Shown here piece by piece: positions 17,827 to 27,265 of a stretch of DNA of 32,418 nucleotides. Every line of letters starts with the position of its first letter. Within the stretch, counting starts at the first letter, position 1. Origin of the DNA: a virus (Duplodnaviria > Caudoviricetes); IMG/VR virus record IMGVR_UViG_3300017754_001847, positions 1 through 32,418 of that record; one strand, given 5' to 3'. The position numbers and the translations under genes are program-made. The notes beneath the pieces were generated by a model. That model was not told where the DNA came from. It did not search any database and saw only the letters and a program-made list of their open reading frames with translations.

Positions 17827-18512
17827 CAAAAGCCTCTGTAAGGGAAAGTATTGGAAAGGTCTAGCGTCTGATCAAAAGGCGTTTTCATTTCAAGCGGAAC
17901 AAAGTTCGTCCTCTTGAGTCTACCCTTTGTATCGATTGCGTCTTTTTGTTGTTGTTGGGTTGCTTGCTTGCCGAAGCTGGGCATGATATCCACCGCCAAA
18001 CATGCCACAAGCGCCGCCTCATATCCCAGCGGCATCACAAGGACCGTGGTCATGTCCAAGTTACCTTGAATCTCGCGCTGGCAGTACAGATAGCACGTAA
18101 ACGCAGCGTAAGGGATTGGGTAAAAGAACATCGTTGCAACGGGATAGTTCATGTCGTAATAGAACCACCTCGGGATAGCCGTGGTGTTCTTGTACGAAAT
18201 CCCGTTCCATTTCAACTGGTCAATCTGATCGACTGGGTAATCGATATTGTTCAATCGAACACGCATCGAGTTGATATTGATGGGCCGACCGCCAGCCAGC
18301 ACACTTGTCGTATAGCTTTGCTGTCCGGCAACCATCGTGAACGACTCTTCGTCGTTACGAAAAATCATCAACTTTTCGTTAGACCACGAATCGACCATGC
18401 GCTGGAGACGACGCAAGACTAATTGCGTATCTCCAGACGAAGGCGTCTGATCCTGACCAAGCACGCCTGCTTGGTACATGGCATCATAGACAATCGTGCT
18501 GACCGTGGTCAT
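17826..18512 (-). CDS. Head-to-tail adaptor (P22 gp4 position)
   Basis: MTTVSTIV.DAM..AGVLG..QTP, LQRMVDSW, PLGYEAALV..LAV. Confidence 0.75.
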   Translation of the reverse strand: MTTVSTIVYDAMYQAGVLGQDQTPSSGDTQLVLRRLQRMVDSWSNEKLMIFRNDEESFTMVAGQQSYTTSVLAGGRPININSMRVRLNNIDYPVDQIDQLKWNGISYKNTTAIPRWFYYDMNYPVATMFFYPIPYAAFTCYLYCQREIQGNLDMTTVLVMPLGYEAALVACLAVDIMPSFGKQATQQQQKDAIDTKGRLKRTNFVPLEMKTPFDQTLDLSNTFPYRGF

Positions 18513-18905
18513 TTAAGCAGCTTTCGGACGGCCCGGGCCTCGCTTGAAATCAGGGATCGTGCCGATTTCCACATCGCCAGTAGATTCCTGTTCATTCTTG
18601 GTTTTGATGATCTGGTCAAATGACGGCGCACCGATATAGCCAAAGTCAGCAGGCGAAGTCTTCCAATCATCACCAAGAGACTTACGCTCTTCTTCGGACT
18701 TCACGACGCGGGCTTTGATCTTCCCGTTCGCCTCAGAGTACATAAAGCGCGGATACTCTTGATAGGAGTAAACAGGCTCTTTTTCGGTCTTGCCATTGGG
18801 CAACTTCTTGCCGAAATACTTATGAGTCGGAGGCTCCCACTCGGACGCCTCCACACCAGCCGTAAGGCCGGGCTGCACTTCGCTGTAGTCAACAGTTTTG
18901 TTCAT
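18513..18905 (-). CDS. Hypothetical protein downstream of the coat gene
   Basis: QEYPRFMY...EEE.. and C-terminal KRGPGRPK; AGGA RBS before ATG at 18905. Confidence 0.7.
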   Translation of the reverse strand: MNKTVDYSEVQPGLTAGVEASEWEPPTHKYFGKKLPNGKTEKEPVYSYQEYPRFMYSEANGKIKARVVKSEEERKSLGDDWKTSPADFGYIGAPSFDQIIKTKNEQESTGDVEIGTIPDFKRGPGRPKAA

Positions 18906-18917
18906 GATTCCTGATTG

Positions 18918-18942
18918 AAAAAGGGAGGGGCGAACCCCGCCC
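18918..18942 (-). terminator. Rho-independent terminator after the major capsid gene
   Basis: GGGCGGGG-TTCG-CCCCTCCC-TTTTT on the minus strand. Confidence 0.8.
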
Positions 18943-18947
18943 AATGG

Positions 18948-20189
18948 TTACGGAGCGACCTGTTGCGATGCCTGCTCAGGGTAAGGCGTTGCCCACCCAT
19001 ACAGACAATCAACACGGTTACCCACGGTGTCGGTCGAAATCGCCGCTTGACGGAAAACACGGAGCGAGAAGCCGTCTTGTGAACGGACCGCACCCCAGCC
19101 GCCGAACTCGGCCAGATCGACCATCTTCACCACCGCCAACTCGAACGCATCTTCATGCCATGCCAAGTTACGGGCATAGCTCGTAGATGCCGTCCCGACG
19201 AAGGTCAGCAGACCGCCGTTAGTCGGAGACGCGGTGACGTTCTGGAACGGACCAGCAGTGATGATCGCAGGGCTGATAGACAGCGTGAGGTTACCGGAGG
19301 CATCCGAAGAACCATCAGCAACCACCACAAACTGCATCGCCTGACCCGTGGACTGTTTGGTTACAGGGTTGACCGAGTTGCAGCCAGCAGCCGTAAACAC
19401 ATCACCAGCGCGAACACGTTGAGCCGCAGCAGCCGTCCAGCCGTTTGTAACCAGCGTCCCAGTATTCGCCCAGCCAGCCGTAAGGCCTTGGTTCGCACCA
19501 TTGACAGCAGGCGTGCCGCCCAGCGGACCAACCGTGTGACGGGCGATGTTTTGAGACATGCCGATCTTGAGGCCGATCGTGTTGGTAGCATCCACAAAGA
19601 TGCCGTCCTCATACTGCTTGGCGATCAGGTTTTGAGCCTGGAAAAATCCAGTCAGCGAAGCGACTTGAGAGGCGTTGGTTCCTTGGTCAATCGCCAGATA
19701 GCGGCGCGAGTCACGCGGAACAGAGAAATCATCCAGCTTCTTGCCCACATCGAACAGGAAAGACACGTTGTTAGGCGACGTGCCGGGCGTGCCGGTCAAG
19801 TTGCCAACGGTGTTTTTGGCGTTGATGTAGCCGTCAATATCAATCTGCTGAGCCAGTTGGATAGCGCCAGGCTTGATGATGCGGTCGGAGAAGTCCTGAA
19901 CCTTCAAGGTCAGATCGGCGCTCGTAAACGAAGTGTCGATGTGCTTTTGTTGGTTCACCACCAGAGGGATGCTCGTTTCCGTGTAGTCCTGCGCTTGATA
20001 CGCAGAGCCGGTGGAAACGGTAAACCGGGCGGGACGCCGAATGTTCAGCGTATCGCCGATCTTCATATTCTCTTTGGCGAACTCCATTTGATGTTTACGG
20101 GAGACTCGCTTACCGAGAATGATGTTGTTGGAAAGCACACGGAGCGTTTCATCCGTGTACATAACCGGGTTCTGAAAACCATTAGCCAT
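18948..20189 (-). CDS. Major capsid protein, P22 coat (gp5) family
   Basis: KIGDTLNIRRPARF, QKHID..FTSADLTL, GDVFTAAG..VNPVTKQSTG...QFVV, RVDCLYGW; strong codon bias. Confidence 0.92.
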   Translation of the reverse strand: MANGFQNPVMYTDETLRVLSNNIILGKRVSRKHQMEFAKENMKIGDTLNIRRPARFTVSTGSAYQAQDYTETSIPLVVNQQKHIDTSFTSADLTLKVQDFSDRIIKPGAIQLAQQIDIDGYINAKNTVGNLTGTPGTSPNNVSFLFDVGKKLDDFSVPRDSRRYLAIDQGTNASQVASLTGFFQAQNLIAKQYEDGIFVDATNTIGLKIGMSQNIARHTVGPLGGTPAVNGANQGLTAGWANTGTLVTNGWTAAAAQRVRAGDVFTAAGCNSVNPVTKQSTGQAMQFVVVADGSSDASGNLTLSISPAIITAGPFQNVTASPTNGGLLTFVGTASTSYARNLAWHEDAFELAVVKMVDLAEFGGWGAVRSQDGFSLRVFRQAAISTDTVGNRVDCLYGWATPYPEQASQQVAP

Positions 20190-20198
20190 GATAAATCC

Positions 20199-21047
20199 TT
20201 ATCGAAGATGTTTTTTTGCCCAAGCATAGTATTTCTCGGGGTCGCTGGGCGGCTCTGTGGCATTGCCACTCGAACCAGACGACACCGGCTTACCAGGGGC
20301 CGGGGCTTCGGATACTTTCGTGGACGGACGTTTTAGCGTGGCCAGCATTTGACCCAAAAGGATTCCATGCATGAATACGGGCTGATCCTGAAATTGCTTT
20401 TCCAAACTCGGGTTTTTGGCGAGGTGATAACTGATCATCGGCCCGTCAGGGTGTTGGACGATCATTTCCACCACAGAATCAGGAAGCCTAGGCTCCCAAT
20501 CCTCTACCACTTCCCGATAGTCTGGAAAATCCTTTTCAGCCTTAGCCCTGCGCTCAAGGAATTGCTTTTCTACTGATTTCTCAGTCTGCTCACGTTCCCG
20601 CTTGCTTTGCTTTTCCTCTTGCTCCGAACGAGATTTTTCGATGATCGCAAGGGCTTTCTGCTCCGCGCGCCATTCAGCACGCGCTGTAAGAAAATCCTCG
20701 TATTCCTCGAACTGTTCTCGCTTCGGCTCACCACTAGGAGTGCTAGCTTCTTTCTTGCCTTCCAGCACAGCAAGAATCCTTGCGTTCTGTTCGGCCAGTT
20801 GTTCCGCTAGCTTTTGGCTTGCATACTTTTCGGCGGTCAGTTCATTAATCCGCTTTTGGATGCTAGCTTGCTTTCGCTCTTCCTTTCGGCGCGCCTTATC
20901 GGCTTCCGCTTCTGCCTGTTCCTTTTGCTGCTCTTCAGTCTGTTCACTTTTCTCTGGTGCGGCCTCATCACCAGCAGGAGCCTTTTGGGCTTCGGCCTCA
21001 ACCTCTGGATTTGCTGCACCAGATTGCAGTTCTTCGTCATCGTTCAT
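20199..21047 (-). CDS. Scaffolding protein
   Basis: Highly charged coiled coil, IQKRINELT, GPMISYHLAKNP; directly upstream of the coat gene. Confidence 0.85.
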   Translation of the reverse strand: MNDDEELQSGAANPEVEAEAQKAPAGDEAAPEKSEQTEEQQKEQAEAEADKARRKEERKQASIQKRINELTAEKYASQKLAEQLAEQNARILAVLEGKKEASTPSGEPKREQFEEYEDFLTARAEWRAEQKALAIIEKSRSEQEEKQSKREREQTEKSVEKQFLERRAKAEKDFPDYREVVEDWEPRLPDSVVEMIVQHPDGPMISYHLAKNPSLEKQFQDQPVFMHGILLGQMLATLKRPSTKVSEAPAPGKPVSSGSSGNATEPPSDPEKYYAWAKKHLR

Positions 21048-21098
21048 GGATTTACCACGTTAAAACCCGGGTATAGGCCACCCGGTAAGCCTTAGATA

Positions 21099-21848
21099 TC
21101 AGGACGACAACACAACCAGCAGGTTTTCGATCTGGAAAGTATCGCCAGCAGTTGCTTTCGTCGCCGTCAGCGTGAACTCGGTTTCTTGCGTCAGGTAGTC
21201 GCGGCTCAGGGTCGGGTTAGCCGTGGTCGAAATACCGCCGCCACCTTGGGCTGAAGTCTGCGAAGCCAGAACGCCCGTACCAATCAGCGTCACGCCATCG
21301 CCCCGACCGGAAATAACCGTGTCAAACGAATAGTTCAGAGCAGATGCAATCGACGGAGACGTAGCCATCGCAGTACCCGCAACACCGTTTGCGTACAGCT
21401 TCAAGGTCTTGACGTTCGCGTTGTTGGACAGCGAAACGTTACCCGAAACTTCCATGCGCCAGTTAAGCGGCAGGAATCCAGGGCCGACCTTCCACGAAGC
21501 TAGCACGACTTCCGAAGTGGTCGAGGCGGTAGCCAAAGAGCCGTTGATGTTGACGATCGCGCCACCACCGGTATTCAGACCAGGGCCAAGATCGGCAAGG
21601 AACGCATTCGCTTGCGACGTAGTGGCTTGAATCTGAACATACCCGGTAGTCGTCGGGCGGAAAGAGCCGCCAGCCGTACCAGTGAAGACCGTAGCCCATT
21701 GATTCGAGGGAATCGACAGGCTAGGCGAAAAGGTGACAGTGACAGAGCCACCGAGCACCGAGGGACCAAAGATAACGTTCGTCAGCGGAGTGACAAACAG
21801 CGGGCTGGTAGTCGTACCAGCAGGAACAATGATGGGCGTAGTGCTCAT
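21099..21848 (-). CDS. Ser/Thr/Gly-rich beta protein, probable virion decoration protein
   Basis: GGAG RBS before ATG at 21848; codon bias resembles the coat gene; located in the head module. Confidence 0.65.
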   Translation of the reverse strand: MSTTPIIVPAGTTTSPLFVTPLTNVIFGPSVLGGSVTVTFSPSLSIPSNQWATVFTGTAGGSFRPTTTGYVQIQATTSQANAFLADLGPGLNTGGGAIVNINGSLATASTTSEVVLASWKVGPGFLPLNWRMEVSGNVSLSNNANVKTLKLYANGVAGTAMATSPSIASALNYSFDTVISGRGDGVTLIGTGVLASQTSAQGGGGISTTANPTLSRDYLTQETEFTLTATKATAGDTFQIENLLVVLSS

Positions 21849-21912
21849 GTGAACTCCAAAGTTATAGCCAGATGCCGTGCCCAACCAAGAAGGCGCGAAT
21901 ATGTTTCATGGT

Positions 21913-22191
21913 TTAGTAGTAATACGAAACATTCACTTCCGCGCCTGCGATAGATGCAATGATCCGAATTGCTGAAAGATCGCCGTTATAGACAAACGGG
22001 GAATTGACCGCCACCGGCATGCCCACCGTAGTAGTGGGAGCCGTACCATCATCACGCCAGCGGATAGCCTGGGTGACTGCGGTAATGATTGCGTAGGTGG
22101 GGCGCTGCGGTTTAGTAGTGGGGATAGTTAGCCCCTGCGCAGTGTCAACCGCGCCCGCTGCAAATTGCTGGTATCCAACAGGAGTAGCCAT
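21913..22191 (-). CDS. Small beta-rich hypothetical, probably virion protein
   Basis: IRWRDDGTAPTTTVGMP motif; lies between portal and scaffold. Confidence 0.7.
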   Translation of the reverse strand: MATPVGYQQFAAGAVDTAQGLTIPTTKPQRPTYAIITAVTQAIRWRDDGTAPTTTVGMPVAVNSPFVYNGDLSAIRIIASIAGAEVNVSYYY

Positions 22192-22240
22192 ATAAACCCT
22201 AGTTTACGTTATTTCAATAAAAAAGCAAGTAGGCACACAC

Positions 22241-24391
22241 TTAGATTATGCCCTTTGCGTCTTCTGCGTCTTGCTCTTCGTCAGATTCCGCTTTTAGCTC
22301 TGGCGGGGTCTGTTGAGAAGCGACAATCAAATCTTTTTGCGCGCCGATTCTGGCAACGTTTTGTTTAGCCTCGGATTCAATGCCCGCAATCTCAATCTTG
22401 AGCAATCCTTCGCGACGGACTTTCTCAAGCTCAAGCGTGTATTCCCGCTCTGCTTGGCGTTCTTTGAACTCGATTTCCAGAACGGCGGATTTTTCCTTGG
22501 CTTGAATCTCCATTTGCGCCTTCTGCAATGACTGCTCTGCACCGGACTCAAGCTCTTTGATGCGCTGATCCATCGCTTCCATGGTCTGGACGTCTTGTTG
22601 CAATTGCTGGTCCTTTTGCTGCATTTCTGCAAGCATCTGCGGGTCAACCTGCGGGCGGCCCTCTTGCTTCGCTTTCTCAGCAGCCAGCACTTGGGGCGGG
22701 AGCATGGCTTTCAGACGCTCAGCAATGATGTCTGCGTCAGCCACGTCCAGCGATTTCACGATCAAATCACCGGCAACCTGCGCAACGGGCGGGAACGCCT
22801 GTACCAACTGCATAAGCGAATCGCTGGTTTCCTGGCGCTTCGTCGCATAGCTCGGCCCGGCTTCGGCAACAACCGCGTACTTCCCCTTGCGAACATCATT
22901 CGTCGCAATGGCATTTAGCGGGTCATTCGGGTCCGGCATTTCTTGGTTAATGCGCACTAACTTCTTTGTATCGTCAGGGTTGATGATCTGCACAATACGT
23001 TCAGTGTCATAGAAGTTAGGGATCACTTCCACAAGGATTTTGCCGGTTAGCGCAATGGCTCTGGCGAGATTGTCCACAAAGTTGAATGTGGCCGTGTCGC
23101 CTTGCTTTTCACGGGCGATAATGGCCCTGCCGGACTTCTCGTCGCTTCGCTCCCCAAGGGAGTTCTGATACATCCCGATGGTCGATTTGATCATCGAAAT
23201 CATCATCTGGCACCAGCGATCCCACCCGGCATCCGGCATGCTTGGGGCTGTTCTTTGGGGGGGGGGAACTAGAATCCCGTCAATCGTGGTCGGCTTGTAC
23301 ACCAAGGCTGAGAAATTCTTGGTGTTGGCATCGCGCCACATGTTCTCATAGCCTTCGTTTTGCCCTTCGGCCATGACCCAAGGTGCGCGAGGCGTCAAAG
23401 CCAAGTGAATGGCCTGCTGCGTCATCCCGAAGTTGAGCATGGACTGAGCATCACGAGCGTGCCGGGTCAATCCTTGATAAACACGCTTCCCATCAAGGAT
23501 CATGTCCGATCCAACGGTGCAGATCACTGGGATGATGGACCCAGGCCAATCGTACTTCTCAAGGATTTGATTGCCGCCCGCAATGGTGTACCACTCGACC
23601 GAATAGCTTTCCACCTCGCGCTCACGAAGGATGGTCACGCCCTCAGGCGGGGTTGGCATTTCGTCTTTGAAGCCTTTCGCCCCATCGCTCATCAGCACCA
23701 TTACGCGCTTGGTGCAGACCCTGCGATAGTAATCAGCAACCAGGATGTTCTCTTTGCCGTCCGACCACTCGCGGGGAATGTCATCCCAAGAAACAGGATC
23801 GGCCTCAGGCCACTTGCTTTCAAATTCATACTTGCTGTAGGGTTGGACGACAAACACCCATTCACGGTCTGACCCGTCGGGCTGCTGGTACTCGGTCGAT
23901 GCGTAGACCGAACTGGAGTCTTGAATAGGCTTGAGGACTAGCTTTTGATCGAATCCATCGGTGTCGGTGTACTCAGAGCAAATGCGCCACCAACCTCTGC
24001 CACCAACCACCGCAGACTCAAACGCTGCATCGTAGACGGCCTCTGCGTTAGAGTCGTTCTCAATGCCTCGGATAAGGCCCTGGAGGATTTCCGCCACTTC
24101 CTTGGATGCGTCACCACTTGCAGGGTGAATGCGCACGCCTGGACGATTCTGGCGCTGGTCATTGACGACTTGGGAAACGAACTGCCTAAGCTGGTTGAAC
24201 TCTAGGCACAGTTCTTTCCACTGCCTGCGCTGCTGCTTTACTTCTTCCGGCCACTGATAGCCAGGGGAATAGACAAACAGCGTATCCGCTTTCTGGTTGT
24301 CGCGGTTGTCCTTGTCCGTGGACTGAATCAGCTCGAAGCGCTCCACGGCCTCTTCGAGAATCTTCTTTGCTTCTTCTGAATCAGGCTTCAT
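22241..24391 (-). CDS. Portal protein, P22-like
   Basis: QWPEEV, FNQLRQFV.QVVNDQRQNRP, AGPSYATKRQE, long C-terminal helical barrel. Confidence 0.92.
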   Translation of the reverse strand: MKPDSEEAKKILEEAVERFELIQSTDKDNRDNQKADTLFVYSPGYQWPEEVKQQRRQWKELCLEFNQLRQFVSQVVNDQRQNRPGVRIHPASGDASKEVAEILQGLIRGIENDSNAEAVYDAAFESAVVGGRGWWRICSEYTDTDGFDQKLVLKPIQDSSSVYASTEYQQPDGSDREWVFVVQPYSKYEFESKWPEADPVSWDDIPREWSDGKENILVADYYRRVCTKRVMVLMSDGAKGFKDEMPTPPEGVTILREREVESYSVEWYTIAGGNQILEKYDWPGSIIPVICTVGSDMILDGKRVYQGLTRHARDAQSMLNFGMTQQAIHLALTPRAPWVMAEGQNEGYENMWRDANTKNFSALVYKPTTIDGILVPPPQRTAPSMPDAGWDRWCQMMISMIKSTIGMYQNSLGERSDEKSGRAIIAREKQGDTATFNFVDNLARAIALTGKILVEVIPNFYDTERIVQIINPDDTKKLVRINQEMPDPNDPLNAIATNDVRKGKYAVVAEAGPSYATKRQETSDSLMQLVQAFPPVAQVAGDLIVKSLDVADADIIAERLKAMLPPQVLAAEKAKQEGRPQVDPQMLAEMQQKDQQLQQDVQTMEAMDQRIKELESGAEQSLQKAQMEIQAKEKSAVLEIEFKERQAEREYTLELEKVRREGLLKIEIAGIESEAKQNVARIGAQKDLIVASQQTPPELKAESDEEQDAEDAKGII

Positions 24392-24420
24392 GTTTGTGTG
24401 CGCTTACATCAATTATTGCA

Positions 24421-25944
24421 TTATCCATGGGAAGGGTAGTAATTACCAGAGGTAGGCATGAAATCCTCTATATTTATGGCTTTCCTCGGCTTTTTCGACC
24501 CAACCATGTCCGCCCCACGGCCCAGCATGCCCAAGGTGTCCACGCCGTCATCAGGAGAGCCGGCAGGGAATACGAGGCACTGGCGCTGTAGCTCAGACAC
24601 CCAAGCAGCACGCGGCCACCACAACCGCCCCATCCCAGCCACCGCAATGATTGCCTGCGCTTTGGTCGGCTTGTCCCCGATGTGCGGGAGCCATTCGATG
24701 CGACAACTAACGCGGCGCTCTATCATCCGTTGTTTTAGCCTACCCTCAACAGCCCTTCGGATAGGCCCGGTCTCCCCAAACCACGCAAGGGGAGACCACT
24801 TAGCCATCATGTCGATTTTCTTCTCAATCCACACCTCAGGCCCGGTCTGACCTCTCCACCAGTCCAGCAGGTAGTAAGATCCATCCGGCGCAATTCCTAG
24901 GATGCCGTGCTCGGTCCAATCCCCATCCTCTGGGGTAACTGCATAATCGCTGGCCCCGATGATCTGCATTCCCTCAGGGCACGACTCATACCGCACCATG
25001 TCATCCTTGCGGAACAAGATGCCATCATCAGGGGCTGGCCGCTGCTGATATAGGCTCGACCATGTACGCCGGTTCAGCCGGAACTGTGCCCAATGCTTTT
25101 CATCAAACCATTCGGTCCATAGCATTTCCCCAGGCTTGCGGCCAAGAGGGTCCGTGTTGGTTGTGCTTTCGGCCTGCAGGCACAGCACGCGCCAGACATT
25201 GCCGTCCCGACACTGAATATCACCAGACTCACCCGCCCAACTCTCAGGCAGGATGCGCCCGCAAATGTCGTCCTCGTGCCATCGAGTATTGATGATCACA
25301 ACCCACCCGCCAGGGATAAGACGGGTCAACAGATCATCCTCATAGGCTTGGTACGTCCTGTCTCGGATCACTTGAGAGTCAGCCTGTTCACGGCCTTTCA
25401 CTGGGTCATCGATCACAATCCCGTGTGCTCGGTTGCCGGTGACCCCGCCCATGATGCCGCAAGCGATGTATTCCGATCCATTGGACAAGGCGAACTCATC
25501 AGCCGCCCTAGAATCGTCGTTGAGTGAGCATTGGAGGATGCCGATAGTCTCAGGCGATCTCAACATCTGGCGGGTTCTGCGCCCATGCCTGCGGGCCAGA
25601 TCATCACCGTAGCTGGCCAGGATCACCCGGCGATTAGGCAAAGTCCCGAGATACCAGCTTGGCGCGACCACCGAAGCGTAAGTAGACTTAGCCGACCCAG
25701 GCGGGGCCATGATCATCAATCGACCGTGCGGCGTCTCCATACAGCGCTGCATTTCATCCAAGATCAAGCCGTGGTGCTTGGCTTGCTGGGTCTCGATCAG
25801 GGGGATTTTGCTGTTCTCCTCCGCATCAATGGCAGGAGAGCCAGGGACAGGAACACGTGAGGCAAACGCCCTCAGGTTACGGCGGCACTGCCGTCTATCC
25901 AGCAGCACAGCAGCAGCTTGCTCAGGACTTAGCGCGGCTTGCAA
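24421..25944 (-). CDS. terL: Terminase large subunit
   Basis: Walker A-like APPGSAKST, Walker B GIVIDDP, TRWHEDD, YQQRP, nuclease ASDYA...DDGVD. Confidence 0.95.
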   Translation of the reverse strand: MQAALSPEQAAAVLLDRRQCRRNLRAFASRVPVPGSPAIDAEENSKIPLIETQQAKHHGLILDEMQRCMETPHGRLMIMAPPGSAKSTYASVVAPSWYLGTLPNRRVILASYGDDLARRHGRRTRQMLRSPETIGILQCSLNDDSRAADEFALSNGSEYIACGIMGGVTGNRAHGIVIDDPVKGREQADSQVIRDRTYQAYEDDLLTRLIPGGWVVIINTRWHEDDICGRILPESWAGESGDIQCRDGNVWRVLCLQAESTTNTDPLGRKPGEMLWTEWFDEKHWAQFRLNRRTWSSLYQQRPAPDDGILFRKDDMVRYESCPEGMQIIGASDYAVTPEDGDWTEHGILGIAPDGSYYLLDWWRGQTGPEVWIEKKIDMMAKWSPLAWFGETGPIRRAVEGRLKQRMIERRVSCRIEWLPHIGDKPTKAQAIIAVAGMGRLWWPRAAWVSELQRQCLVFPAGSPDDGVDTLGMLGRGADMVGSKKPRKAINIEDFMPTSGNYYPSHG

Positions 25945-26395
25945 TTTTCGCCAAGTCTTCGTCAGACAACAAAGCAGCGCTTACCTGAAGCGGCCCACCA
26001 TCTGCGCCAGTCAGCTCCACCGCCTTGAAGTCGCCGTACTTCTTCGGTCGGAGCTTCCCAGCCATCCATTTGCGAGCATCAATGCGCAACTGGGATCTGC
26101 GAATGTTGTCGCCATTCAGCATCCATCCAGCATCATCCTTGCCATTCGCTTCCATCCAGTCATTCTTGGAATTGTCGGCAATTGACAACACATCGTCGAA
26201 CAGAGCATCTGCCTGGACCTCCCGCGCGCGCGTGTATTGGTCACGGAACTGCTCAAACTGCCCCAGCCACCGGAAAACAGTTGCCTTCCTTGGCATGTTG
26301 TCCTCGGAGCAAATCGAGCGCAGGCTTTCCCCGTCTGCCAATCTCTCGCAGATTTCGTCGGCTACCTCTTGCGTAAACTCTGATTGACGCGGCAT
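25922..26395 (-). CDS. terS: Terminase small subunit (Sf6-like)
   Basis: ICERLADGESLRSIC, VFRWL, RSQLRIDARKWMAGKLRPKKYGD. Confidence 0.92.
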   Translation of the reverse strand: MPRQSEFTQEVADEICERLADGESLRSICSEDNMPRKATVFRWLGQFEQFRDQYTRAREVQADALFDDVLSIADNSKNDWMEANGKDDAGWMLNGDNIRRSQLRIDARKWMAGKLRPKKYGDFKAVELTGADGGPLQVSAALLSDEDLAKIASRAKS

Positions 26396-26419
26396 GCTCT
26401 TATGTTAGCACACGCAAAC

Positions 26420-26451
26420 CAAAAAGAAAAGCCACCTGTTACAGTGGCTTA
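26420..26451 (-). terminator. Rho-independent terminator downstream of the tRNA and upstream of terS
   Basis: AAGCCAC-TGTAACAG-GTGGCTT-TTCTTTTT on the minus strand. Confidence 0.75.
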
Positions 26452-26485
26452 AGGTCTTGTTTGACCATGGAGAAACTTGATTTTG

Positions 26486-26562
26486 TGGTCCGCCGTGCAG
26501 GAGTCGAACCCACATCAGTCTGACTAGAATTCAGAGGCATTATCCAGTTATGCTAACGGCGG
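26486..26562 (-). tRNA. tRNA-Arg(UCU), 77 nt, CCA encoded
   Basis: CCGCCGT/ACGGCGG acceptor, GCAT-AACTGGATA-ATGC D arm, TCTGA-ATTCTAG-TCAGA anticodon arm, GTGGG-TTCGACT-CCTGC T arm, ACCA end. Confidence 0.92.
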
Positions 26563-26568
26563 ATTGGT

Positions 26569-26739
26569 TTAGCTCCAAATCCTCCTCCACCACGGTCTAG
26601 GGAATGCTTCTTCCCATGCCTGTTGCGGCGTTAAGCCGATCCCCAATGAATACCAAAAACCTTCCACATCAGGTTTTGACAATACATACCAAAACCCATC
26701 TATTTTGATGATTCTCGGTACAGCTTTTCCACTCTTCAT
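26569..26739 (-). CDS. Small hypothetical protein (56 aa)
   Basis: ACAGGAG RBS before ATG at 26739; IGLTPQQAWEE motif. Confidence 0.7.
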   Translation of the reverse strand: MKSGKAVPRIIKIDGFWYVLSKPDVEGFWYSLGIGLTPQQAWEEAFPRPWWRRIWS

Positions 26740-26761
26740 GCCTTGCTCCTGTGTTATTGGG

Positions 26762-26929
26762 TGGGGTGGCCGGTCTGTTACCTCCGGCCCGGTTTCACGT
26801 AGCGACGGGCTGCATTTCACCGTACATCTAGCAGCACTTCTTACACAATCCCCAGTCGCACCATTACAGTGCGTTACGGCGGGTTTGCCTAGCATCGTCG
26901 CTGCGGGTCAGCATCCCGCATTCACCCCA
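26762..26929 (-). ncRNA. Candidate structured RNA with tRNA-like closing stem, 5' arm and 3' arm
   Basis: TGGGGTG/CACCCCA closing helix; GCGGG-ATGCTGA-CCCGC 5' hairpin; GCCGG-AGGTAACAGA-CCGGC abutting the 3' strand. Confidence 0.6.
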
Positions 26930-27074
26930 TAAACTTGTTATGCACAAAATATCCCCATCGCGCCGCCATTAAATCTGCCCAATACCATTCATCGGGAAGT
27001 TTTCCTTCTACGCGCAGACGATAGTTTTTCTTTATCAAATGCTTTAGATACAAATGGAAAATGAGAAACTTCAT
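26922..27074 (-). CDS. Small hypothetical protein (50 aa, not in the ORF track)
   Basis: GAGG RBS; translation MKFLIFHLYLKHLIKKNYRLRVEGKLPDEWYWADLMAARWGYFVHNKFMG. Confidence 0.55.
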   Translation of the reverse strand: MKFLIFHLYLKHLIKKNYRLRVEGKLPDEWYWADLMAARWGYFVHNKFMG

Positions 27075-27094
27075 TGTTACCTCAGCTCTCTAAA

Positions 27095-27262
27095 ATCGAT
27101 GTAATGGGCTGGCTGGGCGCAACTCCAGCATTTACCAGCTTTTTCACCCGCCGCCTGCCGGTAACTCTTTCTGCCATGCGGTCCTTAATCGCATACTCGG
27201 GCGTGTCTTTAGCGGGTTTAATATTCCGCCTTGCTCTCCACGCCGCAGCCCATTACATCAAT
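27095..27262 (-). ncRNA. Candidate structured RNA closed by a perfect 14-bp helix
   Basis: GATGTAATGGGCTG (27098-27111) / CAGCCCATTACATC (27246-27259); internal GGCGTG..CACGCC arm; GCTGG-AGTTGCGC-CCAGC abutting the 3' strand. Confidence 0.7.
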
Positions 27263-27265
27263 CTC

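Noticed and set aside
19155-20336. 393-aa antisense ORF over the capsid gene, and similar long antisense ORFs elsewhere
   Set aside because: Explained by strong codon bias of the sense gene; no RBS or recognisable motifs
22190-22203. TAGGGTTT upstream of 22191 as a seventh operator copy
   Set aside because: Only one half-site is present, and it lies downstream of the -10-like box rather than about 36 nt upstream
23257-23266. G10 homopolymer in the portal gene as a phase-variation or frameshift site
   Set aside because: It encodes a VPPPQ stretch in an intact essential gene; nothing else supports programmed slippage
26520-26536. Possible amber-suppressor (CUA) reading of the tRNA, since the loop contains TTCTAG
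   Set aside because: The 5-bp stem TCTGA/TCAGA fixes a 7-nt loop with TCT at positions 34-36, and the D-loop is Arg-like
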